Source: Macrostomum hystrix (Eukaryota > Animalia > Platyhelminthes). From it: a stretch of 64,000 nt of DNA. A program made the translations under genes and the position numbers. This document shows, piece after piece, positions 59,132 through 64,000 of this stretch. The stretch's first letter is position 1, and each line of letters begins with the position of its first letter. Under the pieces are notes generated by a model. The model searched no databases. It was not told where the DNA came from and saw nothing but the letters and a program-made list of their open reading frames with translations. The stretch is taken from assembly GCA_950097015.1 (NCBI GenBank), contig CATNEN010000007.1, positions 10,664,001-10,728,000 of the forward strand. Direction: 5' to 3'.

Positions 59132-59340
59132 GGGGGTGAGTGGCAGAGCGGTTAACGCGTTTGCTTCTCGCACCAAGGTCCCTGAGCTCGATTCCGCGGC
59201 GCAGCCGAGGAGAGAAGGCTTGGAGGCTTGTCGTGCAATTTACCCCCTTGAGGGCCAAACCTCCAACAAGGCGCAGTGAAGTGTACACTGTCTGACGATG
59301 AGAAAGTCAGCTAGGGCAGATGTACACACCTGTGTGTGTG
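59132..59340 (+). mobile_element. tRNA-derived SINE, copy 3 (intergenic, internal 21-nt deletion, TG tail)
   Basis: A-box 59141-59151, B-box-like GCTCGATTCC; homologous to copies 1 and 2. Confidence 0.8.
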
Positions 59341-60289
59341 CCTGCGTACGGTATCTGTGTGCGTGCGTGCTCAGGAGTCAGCGGAATTGGCAGAATTGCC
59401 TCCTCGCTGACTGCGGGTCTAGTGTCACCAATTGATGTCCATTGCCCGCAGCCCTCCTAATGTATACAAACATATGTCCGTAGATTTGCGGAATTTCGGT
59501 GGCAAAATGTCATTGGCTGAATCCCAGTTGCTCAGCTCGTTCAGCGAAGCATCTTCCGCTTCAGCGCTGCGCGCCTATTCGTCCCGTGGCGCTCCACAAA
59601 TCGAAAACAAAGTTGTGCTCTCGCTTAGCAACAAAATACGCAAGACAAAGCCTGTTGTGGAATATGTCCATTTAAAACTCATTGGGATTCTAAAACCATG
59701 CATGACCCATGACTTTAGCACGTGTCCGCCTACCAAGCTAGAGCAAGCCAAACAGGAAAGTCTTTGATCAGCATGAAAAAAAGAATAAAGGATTTGTCTG
59801 AAAACAAGACATGATTCAGTTTTCATTGCTGTCTGTACCGGACGGCATGTAAACACGAGAACAGCAGCAAACAATAGTCCCAGATGAAGACACTCGGCTG
59901 AGCTGATTTCACAGACTATATTGTTCGCGCAAGTGCATGAGCCGTTGGCAACAAACTCATGCGGGCGAGATCGCACTATGCAATCGGACCAGCTAAAGGC
60001 TGCAGCTGAGATCAGCGCGACCCGCAAGCCCCGTGCTCAGGGGGGGGCGGTGTTTACGTCCGCGTGAGCGCCGCCGCCTGTAGCTGCGGATCGTGGAGGA
60101 AACCCACGATTTTTGTAACTTGAGGGCCAGCACTCTTCTAGGAGACAAACTGGCCACCGGCAACAGCCGGACCAGCATAGCTCACTTAGAGAAGACACGG
60201 GGTTGGGGCCCTGCCCTGTCCCCACTGCAATAAGCATATCCAATTATCAGCTCTGCTGCCTGACTGGCCAAGCGGCGCATCAATTATTC

Positions 60290-60956
60290 ATGGCGCGCGT
60301 GGCATGCCTCAGCGGATGCATTTCAGCCAGGCAGCAATGGCGCAGCTCAGACAGCGGGGTGACAATGGCTGCGGAACAGTTCCAAATTGCTGCGCCCCGC
60401 ACCGACAGGGCTGCCAGGCTGGAAGGACAGAAGCTGAGCGCCCGAGGCGGCCAGCAGCGCCGTCTCGACCTGTTGGCGCCTCCCCCGCTGCGTCTTTTTG
60501 ACTCTGCTGCTGAGGCCGGCGAGCTCAACGAAGTGGCATCATTTGTCGTGTCGCCCAGGTCACCGTTTGCGCCTCCGCCGCCGCCACAGCCGACACCGAC
60601 TGCTTTTTCAGTGGATGGTGAGGGCGGCTGGCTGCAGTGGTCGCGTGATCGGCGACGCTGCGACACGGAGGCCTCGATCGAGGTGGAGCTGCCAGCACTG
60701 CCGTCGCACTCCCAGAAGCAGGCCGCTGCCGTCAAGTGTATTGGCGGTCGAGGCGGGCGGCGCGGTCGGCATCGGCGGCGAAATCACAAGCCGGACGAGC
60801 CGGAGCTGACGCCGGCGCAGTGGAGCCGCCTGCTGGCCTTCTGGCAGCACCCGCTATTCGTCCGATGCCGGCAGACCGCGCTGCTGCTCCTGACACTGGC
60901 AGTCGTAACGGGCGTCACCAGCATCAGCAGTCGCTCCTGGACCTTCCACATGATGG
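60290..60956 (+). CDS. First coding exon of a membrane protein, possibly claudin/PMP22-EMP superfamily; continues beyond window
   Basis: GC-rich open frame ending in hydrophobic TALLLLTLAVVTGVTSISSRSW, then donor G|GTGAG at 60957. Start at 60290 or 60365. Confidence 0.5.
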
Positions 60957-60972
60957 GTGAGCCGTCATTAAT

Positions 60973-61513
60973 CAGTGTGTCACTCCGCCAGTGTCACTCC
61001 GCCAGTGTGTCACTCCACCAGTGTGTCACTCCACCAGTGTCACTCCAACAGTGTGTCACTCCGCCAGTGTCACTCTAACAGTTTCACTCCGTCAGTGTCA
61101 CTCTAACAGTGTGTCACTCCGCCAGTGTCACTCCACCAGTGTGTCACTCCACCAGTGTCACTCCAACAGTGTGTCACTCCAACAGTGTGTCACTCCAACA
61201 GTGTGTCACTCCACCAGTGTGTCACTCCAACAGTGTGTCACTCCAACAGTGTGTCACTCCAACAGTGTGTCACTCCGCCAGTGTCACTCTAACAGTGTCA
61301 CTCCGCCAGTGTCACTCCAACAGTGTGTCACTCCGCCAGTGTCACTCCACCAGTCTCCAACAGTGTGTCACTCCACCAGTGTGTCTCTCCACCAGTGTGT
61401 CACTCCACCAGTGTCACTCCACCAGTGTGTCACTCCACCAGTGTGTCACTCCACCAGTGTGTCACTCCACCAGTGTCACTCCGCCAGTGTGTCACTCCGC
61501 CAGTGTGTCACTC
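60973..61513. repeat. Minisatellite, 13-15-bp unit CAGTGT(GT)CACTCC(A/G)C
   Basis: Starts ~16 nt after the donor. Confidence 0.95.
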
Positions 61514-61792
61514 AATCGCTGAGCCACTTTAACGGACTTGAAATCGGAAATTCCTCCAGTCGAACCCTTCCAGAATGCATTTTTGTGCTCAGGCTGTCAG
61601 TTGTCTCACACTCGGTCCTCCCGCTAATGTCCCTCAGACTTTGTGAAAAACAGCAGAGCCAGTTTGATCCCAATCCACAATTCTTCCCGTCGCACTCTGC
61701 CTCCTGGGAAATTTTCGCTTGCGTGGAGAAGCCGCCAATTCACACGCCGGAGAGCCTAGGGCAATGCAAAAATGCAGTATCCATGCAGTATC

Positions 61793-61896
61793 CATGCAGT
61801 ATCCATGCAGTATCCATGTAGTATCCATGCCGTATCCATGCAGTATCCATGCAGTATCCATGCCGTATCCATGCCGTATCCATGCAGTATCCATGC
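61793..61896. repeat. Short array, 11-bp unit GTATCCATGCA
   Basis: About 9 copies. Confidence 0.9.
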
Positions 61897-62274
61897 GAGT
61901 ACATGGACATGTAGCTCCGGTTTCGAGGCCTCTAAAACGGGTATGAGGTTTACTCAGATCAAGGAAGTTAGACAGCAGAAAAAGAGCAGAAAGGACGGTG
62001 AGCATCGGAAGAAAGCAACGATTCTGTACATGAAGTTGTATTTACTTGGATGCTTGTTCAATTTTTAGCCCTAATTTTTCTGTTTTTTTCTGAACTTAAA
62101 AGAAAAGTTAAGTTAAGTTTTCTTAACTTAAGGACAGGGCGCTGAAGTCGTGAAGGCTTGTAACTGGGCATTGAAACAAGTGCAAGTATAGGCAAATGAG
62201 CAAATACTTGTAGGTTAGAGCAAAGAGGAAAATTTGTAAACTAAACAAGTAAAATAGGTCAGTTTCACCGATCA

Positions 62275-64000
62275 GAGCAGCTGAGCTAATGATGGAGCAG
62301 CTGAGCTAATGGAGGAGCAGCTGAGCTAATGGATGGAGCAGCTGAGCTAATTATGGAGCGGCTGAGGTAATGATGGAGCAGCTGAGCTAATGGATGGAGC
62401 AGCTGAGCTAATGATGGAGCAGCTGAGCTAATGGATGGAGCAGCTGAGCTAATGGATGGAGCAGCTGAGCTAATGGATGGAGCAGCTGAGCTAATGGATG
62501 GAGCAGCTGAGCTAATGATGGAGCAGCTGAGCTAATGGATGGAGCAGCTGAGCTAATGGATGGAGCAGCTGAGCTAATGGATGGAGCAGCTGAGCTAATG
62601 GATGGAGCAGCTGAGCTAATGGATGGAGCAGCTGAGCTAATGGATGGAGCAGCTGAGCTAATGGATGGAGCAGCTGAGCTAATGATGGAGCAGCTGAGCT
62701 AATGGATGGAGCAGCTGAGCTAATGGATGGAGCAGCTGAGCTAATGGATGGAGCAGCTGAGCTAATGGAGGGAGCAGCTGTGCTAATGGATGGAGCAGCT
62801 GAGCTAATTATGGAGCGGCTGAGGTAATGGATGGAGCAGCTGAGCTAATGGATGGAGCAGCTGAGCTAATGGAGGGAGCAGCTGTGCTAATGGATGGAGC
62901 AGCTGAGCTAATGGATTGAGCAGCTGAGCTAATGGATGGAGCAGCTGAGCTAATGGATGGAGCAGCTGAGCTAATGGATGGAGCAGCTGAGCTAATGGAT
63001 GGAGCAGCTGAGCTAATGGATGGAGCAGCTGAGCTAATGGATGGAGCAGCTGAGCTAATGGATGGAGCAGCTGAGCTAATGGAGGGAGCAGCTGTGCTAA
63101 TGGATGGAGCAGCTGAGCTAATTATGGAGCGGCTGAGGTAATGGATGGAGCAGCTGAGCTAATGGATGGAGCAGCTGAGCTAATGGATGGAGCAGCTGTG
63201 CTAATGGATGGAGCAGCTGAGCTAATTATGGAGCGGCTGAGGTAATGGATGGAGCAGCTGAGCTAATGGATGGAGCAGCTGAGCTAATGGATGGAGCAGC
63301 TGAGCTAATGGATGGAGCAGCTGAGCTAATGGATGGAGCAGCTGAGCTAATGATGGAGCAGCTGAGCTAATGGATGGAGCAGCTGAGCTAATGGATGGAG
63401 CAGCTGAGCTAATGGATGGAGCAGCTGAGCTAATGGATGGAGCAGCTGAGCTAATGGATGGAGCAGCTGAGCTAATGGATGGAGCAGCTGAGCTAATGGA
63501 TGGAGCAGCTGAGCTAATGATGGAGCAGCTGAGCTAATGGATGGAGCAGCTGAGCTAATGGATGGAGCAGCTGAGCTAATGGATGGAGCAGCTGAGCTAA
63601 TGGAGGGAGCAGCTGTGCTAATGGATGGAGCAGCTGAGCTAATTATGGAGCGGCTGAGGTAATGGATGGAGCAGCTGAGCTAATGGATGGAGCAGCTGAG
63701 CTAATGGAGGGAGCAGCTGTGCTAATGGATGGAGCAGCTGAGCTAATGGATTGAGCAGCTGAGCTAATGGATGGAGCAGCTGAGCTAATGGATGGAGCAG
63801 CTGAGCTAATGGATGGAGCAGCTGAGCTAATGGATGGAGCAGCTGAGCTAATGGATGGAGCAGCTGAGCTAATGGATGGAGCAGCTGAGCTAATGGATGG
63901 AGCAGCTGAGCTAATGGAGGGAGCAGCTGTGCTAATGGATGGAGCAGCTGAGCTAATTATGGAGCGGCTGAGGTAATGGATGGAGCAGCTGAGCTAATGG
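62275..64000. repeat. Minisatellite, 20-21-bp unit GGAGCAGCTGAGCTAATG(G)AT, runs off window
   Basis: Variant pattern recurs at an 835-bp offset (identical ORFs at 62932 and 63767). Confidence 0.95.

Noticed and set aside
59291-59310. Hammerhead ribozyme core (CTGACGA...GAAA) in the SINE tail
   Set aside because: Only 3 nt lie between the motifs, no stems II/III are evident, copy 1 has CTGGCGA, and the segment is better explained as a simple hairpin.
59432-60027. ORFs of 111 and 150 aa upstream of the last gene
   Set aside because: No domain similarity or convincing splice structure.
4297-64000. Tandem arrays as CRISPR arrays
   Set aside because: Units are head-to-tail with no unique spacers, there are no cas genes, and the context is eukaryotic introns.

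Overview
Eukaryotic, intron-rich animal DNA: GC-rich exons separated by introns full of short tandem repeats. About 35 different minisatellite arrays cover roughly 40% of the window (my rough sum). This style, together with the universal-stress-protein gene, resembles the flatworm Macrostomum lignano (inference only). I assembled eight protein-coding loci by hand from GT-AG boundaries and reading-frame phase. (+) A PDE4/dunce-like cAMP phosphodiesterase, 5'-truncated (1-6889). (+) A small secreted protein made of fibronectin-type-I-like Cys modules (8800-10183). (-) A 17-exon ERICH3-like gene (ERICH3 N-terminus, DUF4590, ~700-aa Gln/Pro repeat, C-terminal PLAT domain; 12422-31253) that the ORF track mostly misses. 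(+) A nicotinic acetylcholine receptor alpha-type subunit (32074-42129). (-) A universal stress protein, (-) SUFU, (-) ILVBL/HACL2, and (+) the first coding exon of a probable claudin/PMP22-like membrane protein. Three copies of a tRNA-derived SINE are present. Most long ORFs in the track are repeat-array artefacts. The most interesting signals are the ERICH3-polyQP-PLAT architecture and the minisatellites, which are locus-private yet share a GGGATC/GGGAWT core, often carry palindromes, and in some cases appear seeded from neighbouring splice or stop signals.
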